Assembly (NCBI GenBank): GCA_963722675.1
Contig: CAVROP010000090.1
Coordinates: 4,560-68,559, forward strand
DNA length: 64,000 nucleotides
DNA from: an uncultured Acidobacteriota bacterium
GTDB lineage: Bacteria > Acidobacteriota > Terriglobia > UBA7540
Direction of reading: 5' to 3'
Of this stretch, positions 21,926-34,100 are shown one piece after another. A program made the position numbers and the translations under genes. Positions within the stretch are counted from its first letter, which is position 1. Every line of letters starts with the position of its first letter. The notes beneath the pieces were generated by a model. It was given only the letters and a program-made list of their open reading frames with translations, was not told the DNA's origin and did not search any database.

Positions 21926-22999
21926 ATGTCTATCCGCAATTCGCCTCAGCTTACGCCTCAACTGCTCGACGCCGCCCGCTCGAACGCCCGGCGCTCCCAC
22001 GGTCCGTGCACCGCGGCCGGAAAACAGAACTCCAAAATGAACGGCGTCAAACACGGCGAGCGTTCCGCCCCCGAAAATCACTACGAAGTGATGCGCGCCC
22101 TGGGCGAAGACCCGGCCCAGTTCGATGCCCTGAAGCGGGAGCTCAGCGAATCCTTCGGCCCCGGCGACGCCTTCTTCGACAAGCAGCTCGACGACCTGGC
22201 CCGGCTCTACTGGCGGCGCGACCGCCTGGAGCGCTGCCAGGAGGGGGTGATGCGCCGCTCCCTGCTCGAGTTGGAGGAGGCGCAGCATCGCCGCCGGAAG
22301 GAAATTGAAGGCGCCGGCTTCAAGGTGGGCCAGGCCATCAACATCACGATGTCGGTGCCCGCCGAGCGCGGGGCGCGCCTGCGCTTGCTGCTGTCCTTTC
22401 TGGGAGTGGTGCGCGAGCAAGTGCGGAACCTCGGCTTCCATGCCTGGCAGTCGTCCACACTGGCACAGCTCTATGAGCCGCAGGCGGGATGGCGGCCGGC
22501 GCGGTTGTGCTATCTGCTGTCGGTGTATGCCGGGAGCGGCATGGGGCGGGGGGAGGCTGACCTGAGCAAGGAGTCGCCCTCGCGCGAAATGGCGCCGGCG
22601 GAAGAGCCACGGTACAAGGAGCTTTTGCGACTGCTCGAGGAAGAGATGGCGGCGGTTGCGGAGGAGTTCGACTACGAGGATAAGCTGAACGAGGAGAAGG
22701 CAGCGATCGAGCGCGACGCCTGCCTGGCTCCGTCGGGGGAAGAGTGGAAGCTGATGCTGCGGCGGGAAGAGGCGCTGGACCGCGCGATCGATCGGAAGAT
22801 CAAACTGCTGCTCACGCTGAGGAAGGATGCCCGAGGCGCGAAGGCCGCAGAGCTTCGCTCTGCGCCATCCGTCCAGGCCCAAAAGCCTGCCGACGTAGGG
22901 GCACCCCTTGTGGGTGCCCAGGGCGAGCCTATTGATGAAGAGCCCTCTCCCGAGGGGAGAGGGTGTCAGGCTCCGGCGCTCTCATCAGCCGGAGCGTGA
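21926..22999 (+). CDS. Hypothetical protein of an uncharacterised family, helical and charged
   Basis: 357-aa ORF. The N-terminal motif NARRSHGPCTAAGKQNSKMNGVKHGERS resembles an N..STGP.T.EGK..S..N..KHG motif that I recall from many uncharacterised proteins. The last 20 codons run into REP-A copy 2. The antisense ORF 21914..22882 is judged spurious. Confidence 0.55.
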   Translation: MSIRNSPQLTPQLLDAARSNARRSHGPCTAAGKQNSKMNGVKHGERSAPENHYEVMRALGEDPAQFDALKRELSESFGPGDAFFDKQLDDLARLYWRRDRLERCQEGVMRRSLLELEEAQHRRRKEIEGAGFKVGQAINITMSVPAERGARLRLLLSFLGVVREQVRNLGFHAWQSSTLAQLYEPQAGWRPARLCYLLSVYAGSGMGRGEADLSKESPSREMAPAEEPRYKELLRLLEEEMAAVAEEFDYEDKLNEEKAAIERDACLAPSGEEWKLMLRREEALDRAIDRKIKLLLTLRKDARGAKAAELRSAPSVQAQKPADVGAPLVGAQGEPIDEEPSPEGRGCQAPALSSAGA

Positions 23000-23012
23000 C
23001 GGGTGAGGGGTC
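22942..23012. repeat. REP family A copy 2 (inverted orientation)
   Basis: Sequence ccctctccc-gag-gggagaggg ... ccggcgctctcatcagccgg ... gggtgagggg. Confidence 0.75.
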
Positions 23013-23140
23013 AGTTCCTCGCCGAAAGGCAATAGCGTCTGTTAACTTCGCCGCAATTCCGGTGGCGTGGAGAGGTACGTCAAAACTCTGGCTGTCATGA
23101 GAAGAACGAGGAGAAGAATGCCTGTGGGAAACGGAACCAA

Positions 23141-23208
23141 CCCCTCACCCGGCCCGCGACGGCGGATCAAGGCGCCGTCGTGGGCGACCCACTCCCCTGG
23201 GAGAGGGC
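23141..23208. repeat. REP family A copy 3 (degenerate)
   Basis: Sequence cccctcacccggcccgcgacggcgg ... ctcccctgggagagggc. Confidence 0.55.
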
Positions 23209-23450
23209 ATTTTGGCTCTGATTCTGTGCGCGTGGAGCAATGGAAGAAGGGCGGCGGTTCCGCCACGGCGCGGCAGCCGAGCCAATTCCTAACGTCCTCG
23301 TTTGTTTTCTATAACATTCCTGGATCGTTCGTCGATTTGTCGGCTGTGCCGCAAATCCCATCGGCTGCATTTCGGACCGGTGTTATCATATCCGGCGGCG
23401 TGCGATGCCCGACCATGCCGTTGGCAGCCCACTCGAAGAAGGGAAACCCC

Positions 23451-24590
23451 ATGATCGAACAGAGATTCAACGCCATTTACGGCACAACTCCTGAGGTGGT
23501 GGTTCGCGCCCCGGGGCGCGTAAACCTGATCGGCGAGCACACCGATTACAACGACGGCTTCGTTCTGCCCGCGGCCATTGACCGCAGCATCGACTTTGCC
23601 GGCCGCAAGCGGGCCGATCGGACTGTCCGTGTGCATTCGCTCGACTTCGAGGGTTCGGTCGAGTTCAGCCTCGACGACATTCAAAAGGACAGCGCGAATC
23701 GCTGGAGCAATTATGTTCGCGGGGTCTCAAAATTCCTCGAGGAGGATGGCCATCGGCTTTCGGGCGCCGACCTGGTTTTTGGCGGCAACGTGCCGCGCGA
23801 GGCCGGCCTCAGTTCCTCGGCGGCTGTCGAGGTGGGCACTGCCGCATTTTGGAAGAAGCTTCTCGGCCTGGAGCTTGATCCGGTCTATCTCGTCAAACTT
23901 TCCCGCAAGGCGGAGAACCAGTTTGTGGGCGTGCCCTGCGGCATCATGGACCAGTTCATTTCCGCCCTGGGACGCGCCAACCACGCGCTCTTTCTCGATT
24001 GCCGCGATCTCCACTACCGCCACGTGCCCCTGCGCGACGACGTGAAAATCGTGGTCTGCAACTCCGGCGTGAAGCGCGCCCTGGCTCAGTCGGAATACGA
24101 GGTTCGTCTGAAGCAGTGCCGGGAGGCGGTGGCCCGGATTGCGTCCACTGGACCGGCCGTGACATCGCTGCGGGATGTGAAGCCCGCCGACCTCGAGTCG
24201 GCTCGTTCGGTAATGAGCGATATTCTCTTCCGCCGCGCCCGGCACATCGTGACTGAAAACCATCGAGTCCTGGAGGCCATCAAGGTTCTCGAGTCCGGCA
24301 ACCTCGAGCGCTTTGGCGAGCTGATGAACGCCTCGCACGTCAGCTTGCGCGACGATTATGAGGTCAGCTCGAGAGAGCTGGATGTTCTCGTCGAGATCGC
24401 CTGGAAACAGCCGGGCGTCCTGGGCGCTCGCATGACCGGCGCGGGCTTCGGCGGCTGCACCGTCAACCTGGTTCGCCAGGAAGCCGCGGAGGCTTTTGCG
24501 GAGGCTATTGTTAGAGGCTATCATGATGCCCTGGGCCTGAACGCCGAGATTTATATCTGCAAGGCCTCCGAGGGCGCGCTGAGCGCTTGA
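23451..24590 (+). CDS. galK: Galactokinase
   Basis: The ATG at 23451 gives MIEQRFNAIYG. The galactokinase signature GRVNLIGEHTDYNDGFVLP and the GHMP motif GARMTGAGFGGCTV are present. The long upstream extension from 23067 was rejected. Confidence 0.9.
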   Translation: MIEQRFNAIYGTTPEVVVRAPGRVNLIGEHTDYNDGFVLPAAIDRSIDFAGRKRADRTVRVHSLDFEGSVEFSLDDIQKDSANRWSNYVRGVSKFLEEDGHRLSGADLVFGGNVPREAGLSSSAAVEVGTAAFWKKLLGLELDPVYLVKLSRKAENQFVGVPCGIMDQFISALGRANHALFLDCRDLHYRHVPLRDDVKIVVCNSGVKRALAQSEYEVRLKQCREAVARIASTGPAVTSLRDVKPADLESARSVMSDILFRRARHIVTENHRVLEAIKVLESGNLERFGELMNASHVSLRDDYEVSSRELDVLVEIAWKQPGVLGARMTGAGFGGCTVNLVRQEAAEAFAEAIVRGYHDALGLNAEIYICKASEGALSA

Positions 24591-24591
24591 G

Positions 24592-24618
24592 GTGGCGCGG
24601 GCGTCCCGCCCGCGCCAC
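24592..24618. terminator. Perfect 12-bp GC hairpin between convergent galK and DUF58 genes; likely bidirectional terminator
   Basis: Sequence gtggcgcgggcg-tcc-cgcccgcgccac. It starts 2 nt after the galK stop and ends 11 nt before the DUF58 stop. There is no U-tract. Confidence 0.5.
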
Positions 24619-24628
24619 AGCGAAGGTC

Positions 24629-26174
<1,546 letters not shown>

Positions 26175-26178
<4 letters not shown>

Positions 26179-27124
26179 TTGGGAACCTCAACCGCGGCCA
26201 GCACTTCGGCCACCACCTGATCGCTCGAGATGCCTTCCAGTTCGGCTTCGGGTTTAACCAGCAGCCGGTGGCGAAGCACCGGGGGCGCCGCGGCTTTGAC
26301 GTCATCGGGGATCAAGTAATCCCGCCCCTCCATGGCGGCCAGAGCCTTCGCAGCGAACATCAGGGCCACGGTGGCGCGCGGGCTGCCGCCCAGGCTCAGG
26401 GCCGGCCAGTCGCGAGTTCTCTGGACAACCGTGGCCATGTAGCGGAAGATTCCCGGCTCGACCGTCAAGGCCGACACCTCGCGGCGCGCGGCGGGCAGCC
26501 AGTCGGGCTCGACGGGCGAAAGTCCCAGCGCGTCGATGTGGTGCGGGTCAAATCCCTGCTGGTAACGCTCCAGGATTTCCACTTCCTTGTCCGCGGGGGT
26601 AAGGAACGCGAATCTTGAAAAGGAATCGGTCAAGTTGCGCTTCCGGAAGCGGGTAGGTGCCCTCGAACTCGATGGGGTTCTGGGTGGCGAAAACCGTGAA
26701 GAACGGCGAGAGCGGATAACCGGTGCCGTCGATCGTAACCTGGCGCTCTTCCATCGCTTCGAGCAGCGCGGACTGGGTTCGGGGCGGTACGCGATTGACC
26801 TCGTCAACCAGCAGCAAGTCCGTGAAGACCGGGCCGCGGTGCAGGGAAAACGTGCTGGTGGAGAGATTGAAGACGTTCGCGCCCAGCACGTCCGCGGGCA
26901 TCAGATCAGGGGTGCACTGAACGCGTTGGAAACCTCAGCCGGCAGATATGAGCCAGGGCTTTCACCGCCAGCGTCTTGGCAATTCCCGGAACTCCTTCCA
27001 GCAGCGCATGTCCGCCACAGAGCAAGACGGCCAGCAATTGGTTGATCGGTCTCTCCTGGCCGACAATCACCTTGCCAAGTTCGGTCCTCGCGTGGGAAAT
27101 GAATTTCTGAACTTCCCCTGCCAT
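26175..27124 (-). pseudogene. MoxR-family AAA+ ATPase, module 1, with 2 frame disruptions (26930-26932 and 26595-26599)
   Basis: Walker A is GVPGIAKT and Walker B is LLLVDEVNR. Removing one T restores [19 protein letters not shown]. Removing one C from a C5 run restores [18 protein letters not shown]. Confidence 0.85.
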
Positions 27125-27318
27125 GAAGTCCTCCTTCGACCACGGTGATCGGGAGAGTCGCAGGTGATCCGAGCGAGCGGATAAGCTCTGCAGCTACCAG
27201 CCTGTCGGCAATGCGGACTCGGCTAGGATTCTGGCCCGCTTCGGCTGATGAAGCCCGACGGTCTGATCCTCTCCGAACGAGCATGCGGAGCTCGAGTTCA
27301 CCCGATCATCCCGATTAC

Positions 27319-28485
27319 TCATCCTTCCAGCCCGAGCCGGTGGGTGGAGTCATAAAGCTCGCCCACCCACACCAGTGCCTTTGGCTCCTTGACTTGCTGG
27401 AGTTTTACGGCGGACTCAATCTGCTCCAAGCGTTTCGGCAAAGCCTGGGATCGTCCATCCCGGCCTTTCCCGCACGCTGAGGATCAACTCCGCGGTGGTC
27501 ACCGTGGAAGGTATTCCCAGCCGCCGGGCCAGCAGGAAACGAAATCGTGGAAAAGCGATTTCGAGAGCCCCGGCCGCCGCGCCCTTTCGCTGGTAGAGGG
27601 CGCCCACGGTCTCAATGAATTCCAGGGGTGAAAGGCGCGGCTGGCGCAGAAGAGGGCGCAGTGCGCCGCTGCGCCGCGCGTACGTGATCACCAGGAAAGC
27701 GGCGAGGACGAGAAGTTGCAAGAGCGCCCAGGGCAACGGGGTGTGCGACAGGTAATGCCATAATCCCGGGCGCACGCCATGGAAGTACTCGTCCCACAAA
27801 ATGCGGGTCCCGGGCGCGGAGCCCACGCAATTCAGGAACAAGGCCAGGTTCGATGCCCGGGTGATGCCGTAGTTGGTGAGGGGTGAATCGGACCCCCACC
27901 AGATGATCTCGCCGGAACCGTCGCGCAACTTTGTGACGGTAGCGCCTTCGTCGCTGCCGTAATATCGTATGCTGGCCCGCGCCGAAATGAACCCAATAGG
28001 CCGGAGCTTCCATGGAGATCTCCGGGGCATACCGCGTAAGAGGCGAGGGCGCTTCGGCGGAGAAGGTCTGCCATGTCGTCTTGCAGCGGAGGCGGCGGCA
28101 CCACGCCTTTGCCCCAATCATCGCGGCCCCTCCTCATCCCGGTGATCAGCAAGTGGCCGCCCCCTGCTACGAACTGTTTCAGGCGTCTCAGGTCGTCCTC
28201 CGAAGATGGAATGACAGGCCCGGCGATGATCAGCACAATGTTCCTTGCAGAGTTCGGCAAATCCTCGGGAGGGCTTTCCCATCTTTCCACCCCATACCCC
28301 ATCTCCCCCAGCAGCGTGTAGGCAGCTTTGGCGCCATCCGGTGCGGTGGAGTAGCTGGAAGGATAACCTCGAGACGAAGCTCGGTTGTTGGGAGAGAACA
28401 GCACTGCCAGGAACGTCAGGAACGCCAGAAGAAAAACGGCGAAAAGCAGGATCTTCTTATCGGCGGAGTCGAGCGGCACAGTCAT
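27319..28485 (-). pseudogene. DUF4350-like membrane-anchored protein with at least 3 frame disruptions (about 28050, 27975, 27430)
   Basis: The start overlaps the DUF4129 stop (ATGA). It has an N-terminal TM segment followed by YSTAPDGAKAAYTLLGEMGY ... FVAGGGHLLITG. The middle (SPLTRYAPEISMEAPAYWV), a later part (IRYYGSDEGATV ... second TM) and the tail (RLEQIESAVKLQQVKEPKALVWVGELY) lie in different frames. Confidence 0.6.
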
Positions 28486-29582
28486 CGCAGCGACTCCAAT
28501 TCCGCCAGGGCGGCTTCATAATCGCTGTCGGACGCCTGAGCGCGGCCATACCAGACCCGTTCAAAGCAGTCCGTAAGAGCCATCAGGTGCGGGCGGCGCG
28601 CAGAGTCTGCCGGCAAGAGGCGCACATATTCCCGATGCGTGCGCGAGCGGTCCACTTGCCACGCGCCCGCCTCACCCAGCGCCAGCACGGCCGCGCCGTA
28701 GATCAGACGGATCGCCTCGCGAAATTCGCCTCGCGCGGCAGCGCTGCGAGCCTCCTGCGCCCAGTCGCGCGCAGGCGCCGCGCGGGTGTTGCCCGCTCGG
28801 GCAGGGGAGCGCTGGTAGGAAACCTGGGTGAGCGCGTGGGCGAGCCATGCCAAAAGAATCAGGCCAAGTAAAATGACGATTCCCCAGCGCAAGAAGTTAG
28901 TCACCTTGGGGTGATTCCCGGCGCGATCGAGGAGCCCGGCTACCCACCGCCTGAGCCGATCCAGGAGTTGGTCCCAAAACGTCTCCGAGTCAGCATCTTC
29001 GTGCACGTAGCGAAACTCGCGCTGCTTCAGGATTTGATCCAACATGGAGCGCTCGGGGGAGTAATTGCGCTTTGAGGTCCGGTACGTGGCCCGCGCGTCC
29101 TCGAGCAGCCTTTCGACCCGGCCGGAGATTTCCTGCGCTGACCGCGCGGCAGTGCTGGGGTCGCGAACCATCCGATCGAGCGCTTCTCCCAAAGGGCGCG
29201 TCGAAACGCTGAAGCGCTGCTCCTGCACGACCACCAACCAGGAGTCCGGCAACTGCTTGCGCAGCGCACCCGCCTGCTCGGGATGATCTTCCAGGCGGCT
29301 TGCCAACGCCGACCAGCGTTCCAGTTCGGCGATGTAGCCGTGCAAATCGAAGGATTCGGAGGTGCGGTTATTCTCCGGAGTTTCTGATGCCGCAGCATCC
29401 TCGCGGGCTGAGAAGAACAGGTTCACCACAGAGGGCACAGAGATCACGGAGAGAGCCGGCACCAGTTTCCTCTGTGAACTCTGTGTGCTCTGTGGTGAGT
29501 TCTTGAAATCGCCGGACTGCGCCCCGAAGCTGACCTGCGCAAGCAGGAGGAGCGCAAAGAGTTGGAGGCGCGTTAGGCTCAC
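28482..29582 (-). CDS. DUF4129-domain protein (secreted or membrane-anchored)
   Basis: The GTG start overlaps the upstream stop (GTGA). It has a signal peptide, an internal TM segment and a C-terminal DUF4129-like block THREYVRLL ... LTDCFERVWYGRAQASDSDYEAA. Confidence 0.7.
   Translation of the reverse strand: MSLTRLQLFALLLLAQVSFGAQSGDFKNSPQSTQSSQRKLVPALSVISVPSVVNLFFSAREDAAASETPENNRTSESFDLHGYIAELERWSALASRLEDHPEQAGALRKQLPDSWLVVVQEQRFSVSTRPLGEALDRMVRDPSTAARSAQEISGRVERLLEDARATYRTSKRNYSPERSMLDQILKQREFRYVHEDADSETFWDQLLDRLRRWVAGLLDRAGNHPKVTNFLRWGIVILLGLILLAWLAHALTQVSYQRSPARAGNTRAAPARDWAQEARSAAARGEFREAIRLIYGAAVLALGEAGAWQVDRSRTHREYVRLLPADSARRPHLMALTDCFERVWYGRAQASDSDYEAALAELESLR
29421..29502. repeat. 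REP/MITE family D element lying in frame inside the DUF4129 CDS
   Basis: The arms ttcaccacagagggcacagagatcacggag and cctctgtgaactctgtgtgctctgtggtgag are about 26/30 complementary with a 17-nt spacer. The element encodes ...NSPQSTQSSQRKLVPALSVISVPSVVNLF just after the signal peptide. Confidence 0.7.
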
Positions 29583-31090
29583 GAAATAACCGGGGGAACG
29601 GGTATAGCTGAGGCCGGCGTTTTCATTTCTTCCCGGCCGCCTGGGCTCGATATGAACAGGTCCAGCATGCCGTTGATTTTGTGTTGAAGATAGAAAATCC
29701 CGAAGAAGAACGTACCCATTCGAGAGAACAACTCCTCGTGCTGCATCCGTATGCCTGCTGAGAACATTGCTTCCTGCCGGGGCGCCAAGTGGTCCAGCAG
29801 GATGCGGCGGACCTTAAAGCATTGCACGATGAGGATGAGTCCCGCAACCAGCAAGATGCCGGGGTGCAATAATGGGAAGGCGTTCTCCACTTCCACCCAG
29901 GAGCCCCACTTGAGGCTTCCTAGCAGCGGGAGGCAGAGGCTCGCGACGAGCGCCGCCAGCGCGACAGAGACCGGCCACGCCTCCAGCTTTTCCCTGGAAT
30001 GCAGATTGTTCAAGGCCCTGCGGCGGATGAGAAACCAGATCGGGGCGTAGAGCCCGGCGGTGAGCAGGGTCAAGAGACACATCCCCAAGATGCCGGCGTC
30101 TGCGAGTGGCGCGTATTCTTTCGACGCCGGCTGCGCGCTGGCGCTCTGCGGTTGGGCTTCATCGAGATTCGACATCATCAGTTGCAGATCAAAGCCCTCT
30201 TTGCGGACCCGCAGGTCGTAGTAGGCGAGGGCGAAACCAATCATGAACAACGGCGCCGTGGCGGCGGCACAGACTCCTCCCACCAGCATGCTGGGAATCG
30301 AAAGCCAGATGCTCGGATACCCGCCCTTGACGGTCACCAGCATGACGGCGATGGCGAACGGTGATTGGCAAAGAAAGACCACCACCATGCGGATGAGCAG
30401 GGTCAGCACGCCCACCACCAGCAAGCGCCAAAGGAAACCGCGGGTCAGGGCTACGCTTCGCTTGAGAGCTTGCCGCGCGCTGAGATTCTCGAGCACCAGG
30501 GCGGGAACTGCCACGCTGTAACGCACCAGGAATATGATCAACAGGACTCCGGTAATGACGAATCCCACCAGCAGCGCCAAGCCCAGGAGGATGGCGACCC
30601 ATACGAGGGACCTCGGCAAGGAGCCCATGAGGGCCAGGCAGAATGCAAGTAAGAACCCTGCCAGAACGAAAACACCGAAAGTGCGGAACATGATGGTCAG
30701 GGTCACGTTGATGAGCCGCCCCAACCTTCGCCGCACGGCGCGATAGGACTCGAGAATCGTGGTGGCCCGCCCCAAGTGAATCTCCGAAAGCGCGTAAGTC
30801 GTGGCGCCCAGGGCGAGCGCATAGACGACGTAATACGCAAGCAAAATGGCCAAAGTGCTCATACCGGCCCTCGCCAGAAAAGCGGCCATTTGGGCGGACG
30901 GCACAACACGCGTGCCGGGAACGTAGCGTGGCGGTCTGAGGAAAATCTGCATCAAGAGATTCAGACCCACCAAGACGGCTTCCGGCGCCACCATGATCCC
31001 GGCAAACAGCCAGAAGTGCTTGCGCAGGTAGCTGAAGGTTTGGTCCAGCAACTCCCCGAGGCTTAAAGGAGCCAGATTGACGGTGGGCAT
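29579..31090 (-). CDS. Polytopic membrane protein with a DUF4234-like C-terminal segment
   Basis: 503 aa with about 10 or more hydrophobic segments. The C-terminal motif LLTAGLYAPIWFLIRRRALN resembles DUF4234. The family call is weak. Confidence 0.5.
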   Translation of the reverse strand: MPTVNLAPLSLGELLDQTFSYLRKHFWLFAGIMVAPEAVLVGLNLLMQIFLRPPRYVPGTRVVPSAQMAAFLARAGMSTLAILLAYYVVYALALGATTYALSEIHLGRATTILESYRAVRRRLGRLINVTLTIMFRTFGVFVLAGFLLAFCLALMGSLPRSLVWVAILLGLALLVGFVITGVLLIIFLVRYSVAVPALVLENLSARQALKRSVALTRGFLWRLLVVGVLTLLIRMVVVFLCQSPFAIAVMLVTVKGGYPSIWLSIPSMLVGGVCAAATAPLFMIGFALAYYDLRVRKEGFDLQLMMSNLDEAQPQSASAQPASKEYAPLADAGILGMCLLTLLTAGLYAPIWFLIRRRALNNLHSREKLEAWPVSVALAALVASLCLPLLGSLKWGSWVEVENAFPLLHPGILLVAGLILIVQCFKVRRILLDHLAPRQEAMFSAGIRMQHEELFSRMGTFFFGIFYLQHKINGMLDLFISSPGGREEMKTPASAIPVPPVIS

Positions 31091-31114
31091 GGGGTCCTCG
31101 TTGGAGGAGACAGT

Positions 31115-34100
31115 CTATTGCAGTCTGGCATATTCCGCCCTCGCCTGTTTGAGGATGGGTATATCCGGGTCGGCGCTTCGCCACAAGGTGAGAAACTCTT
31201 GATAAGCAGAGCGAGCCTTGGCGAGGGCAGCCGGCGGGGGGGTGGGATTTGCTTTGCTCGCAGCCGCGCCGGATTGGGCGCCGAGCTTCCTTTCGCCCCT
31301 GAAATCAATGCCTGCCTGGAGGGCGTAAGCCCGCCCAAGGCCCAGGCGCGCCAGGGCGCCAATTGGGAACGTCCCGACCAACCCGGGGTGATCGATGATC
31401 TTCTGAAACTCGAGGGCAGCATCGGCCCCACGGCCCATGGTCAGATAGGCCTCGCCACGCGCCTCCACCGGACACATCGTGACATTCAGCACCCAGTACA
31501 GGGTGGGGAGCCCCAGTTCGTAGGGCTTCGCAGGCTCGAGCAATTCGATCGCGGCACTCCCGCTTTTGAGCGCAGCAGGCGAAGGGCTTGCGGTCGGCAC
31601 AACGTCGGGGCCGAGGACGTTCCAAGCGCGGATGGTTGGCAACCAATAGACATTCAGTAGAGTGTCCCAGGGGTCCTGCTGATGGAGGTAATCGGCAAGT
31701 TCGCTCGCCTGGGCGCTGTCACCGGCTCGCGCCAGGGCCAGGGCCGCCAGCGTCTGCATAGTCCATCCGGGAGTCATGGCGAGCGCCGCCGCGGCCTCGC
31801 GACGAGCCTGTTCCCGGTTGCCGAACATTGCCTCGCGCAGTGCTCCTGCTGCCCGGAACGTTGCCGCAGCCTCCAAGCGCCCGTCACGCATCGCGGATTC
31901 GACCGTCCTCCGGGTAAGCTCGCGCGCCTTGGCAAGGCTCCCCAGGTAGGCTTCGGCATACGCCTGCTGGGCTAACAAATGGTCTTCGGCCGGTTGCCCC
32001 GCAGCGGCTGCCACGCGGCGCTCCATCTCCGGCAGGTCGCCACGAAGAAAGGCCAGGCGGTAGAGAAACACCTGCATGGCGGGACTGGTGAACCCTCGAG
32101 TTTCCGCTTGCGAGAGGACTTGTTGTGCATCCTCGAGACGGTTCATGATGAGCTCGATATTTGCGAGATTACCGTAGCTGGAGACGCTGTTCGGCTGGAG
32201 GCGCATCGCTTCGCGGCACTCCTCGAGTGCCTTCTCGAATCTTCCTAGAATCTGGTACACATTCCCTAGCCAGACGTGAGGCGCCACGTCGCGGGGATAA
32301 GTCTGCTTCCACACTTCGCAGACCTGAGCGGCCTTCTCCATGTCACCTGTAAAGCGAGAGTAGTAGAAGACTTCAATATTCAGCTTCTCCCTCTCGCTGA
32401 CGCGCCCGCGCAATTCGTAGGCTTTCTTGATGGACGCCATCCCCTGGGTGGGCTGATTCAAGTTGGCACAAAGGTTGCCGAAGAGAGCGTGAGCCAGGGC
32501 AAAATCAGGATCCAGTTCCGTGGCGCGATTGATAAACGGAATGGCCGCCGCATCGCCTTGGGTGTACAGCGTCTTTATCCCCAGGCTATAGGCCTGAAGC
32601 GCTTCCAGCGACGCCGTGGTGACCTGCTGAGCCGGTGCGTCATACTTCTGAATGCTGGCCAGCGATTCTCCCAGTCTGGCCCGCATCTTGGCAGCAGCCT
32701 CGCCGAGCGCCCAAAGAACATGTTCGCGGCTGTCGGCCTCCGACATTTCCGTTCCCAGGGAGTCCCCACTTTGGCAGTTCACCGCGTCGAGGCTGAGCAC
32801 GTAATGGCTGCCCAACTTGGCAATCGAGCCCAGCAGCATGGCCTTGCTTCCGGTCCGCAGGCAGACCTCCCGGACCACGGCCTCTGTCAACTGTGTGTCA
32901 CGAGGCCGCCCCATGAAGCCGAGTGTCTGGCCGACCTTCTCTTCCGAGAGAGCATTGAGGAAAGGCGACTGCTCGAGTTGCACGCGCAGCGCTTGCTTTA
33001 GCGTTTCATCAAAGATCTTCTCCCCGGTCGTATTGGCGAAGTCGGCGAGCACGATGTTGTCCTGCGAGCGTCAGGGGAGGTGCGATTCGGCGCAGACGAT
33101 AGTAAACGGCCAATACGATTGCAACCAGGACGGCCGCGGCGATGAGTGAAAGCGCCCAAGCCTTGAGGCTCCGCGACTGCGGCGCGCGGTCTTTCGAGTC
33201 GAGATCGCGAACACCCGCAGCCGCCAATGCTTTCCCCGAGTCCGTGTCGCGCCGGAAACGTTTCAGGTCAGCGCGCAATTCGGCCGCCGACTGATAACGC
33301 ATGTCGCGGTCTTTCTCCAAGGCCTTGTTGATGATGCGCTCCAGCTCAGGCGGAAGTTGCGGATTGAGTTCGCGGGGAGCAATCGGCGTGTGAGAGAGGA
33401 CCGCCGCCAACACGGCCGCCGTACTTCCCCCCGGAAAGGCCTGCTGGCCGGTGGTCATTTCAAAGAGTACGGCGCCGAAACTGAAGAGGTCGGTGCGGCC
33501 GTCAAGCGGCTCGTCGCGCGCCTGCTCAGGAGACATGTAGGACGCTGTACCCATCATGATGCCGGGGCCGGTAAAGCTGCGGGAATCCGCGGAGGGGGTC
33601 GCGCCGGCCGCGGCTTGGCCGCTCCCTGGACGGCGGGCGCCGGACCCCTCAGTCGGCGTGCCTGATGGGCTGGTCCTTCTCGCCGGCGTCGATTTCGCCA
33701 GGCCGAAGTCCAGGAGTTTGGCTTGCCCCGATTCGGTGACAAAGATGTTGGCCGGCTTGACATCGCGATGAATGATGCCGTTGTGGTGGGCCGCGTCCAG
33801 CGCGTCGGCGATCTGGATTGCCAGTTCAGCCATTCGTTCCGTGCTGAACGGAGCCGGCAGTGATGGCGGGAAGACCGCGCCGTGACTGGCCTGGATCAAC
33901 TCCTTCAGCGTGTGGCCCCGCAACAGTTCCATGACGATGAACGGCTGGCCTTGGTGGGAGCCGAAATCATGGATGGTGCAGATGTTGGGGTGATTCAAGG
34001 CCGATGCCGCATGCGCTTCGCGCTGAAATCGCTCGAGCGCCTGTTGATCTTTGGCCAACCGCTGAGGCAGGAATTTGAGCGCCACCTCGCGGCCGAGGCG

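Noticed and set aside
21914-22882. 322-aa minus-strand ORF mirroring the hypothetical gene at 21926..22999
   Set aside because: It is rich in Arg, Ala, Gly and Pro, typical of an antisense frame in high-GC DNA. The plus-strand product has a protein-like composition and a promoter-like signal. Some uncertainty remains, as noted in the findings.
23727-24628. Extension of the 529-aa minus-strand ORF 23727..25316 across the galK locus
   Set aside because: Only its 24806-25316 part matches DUF58. After the frame disruption near 24806 the wrong frame simply stays open antisense to galK. The true DUF58 C-terminus is in ORF 24629..25105.
26901-27284. 127-aa minus-strand ORF covering the 194-nt gap between DUF4350 and MoxR
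   Set aside because: It runs out of frame into the MoxR coding region and has no recognisable features. The gap ends with a clear gaaggagg RBS for the MoxR ATG at 27124.
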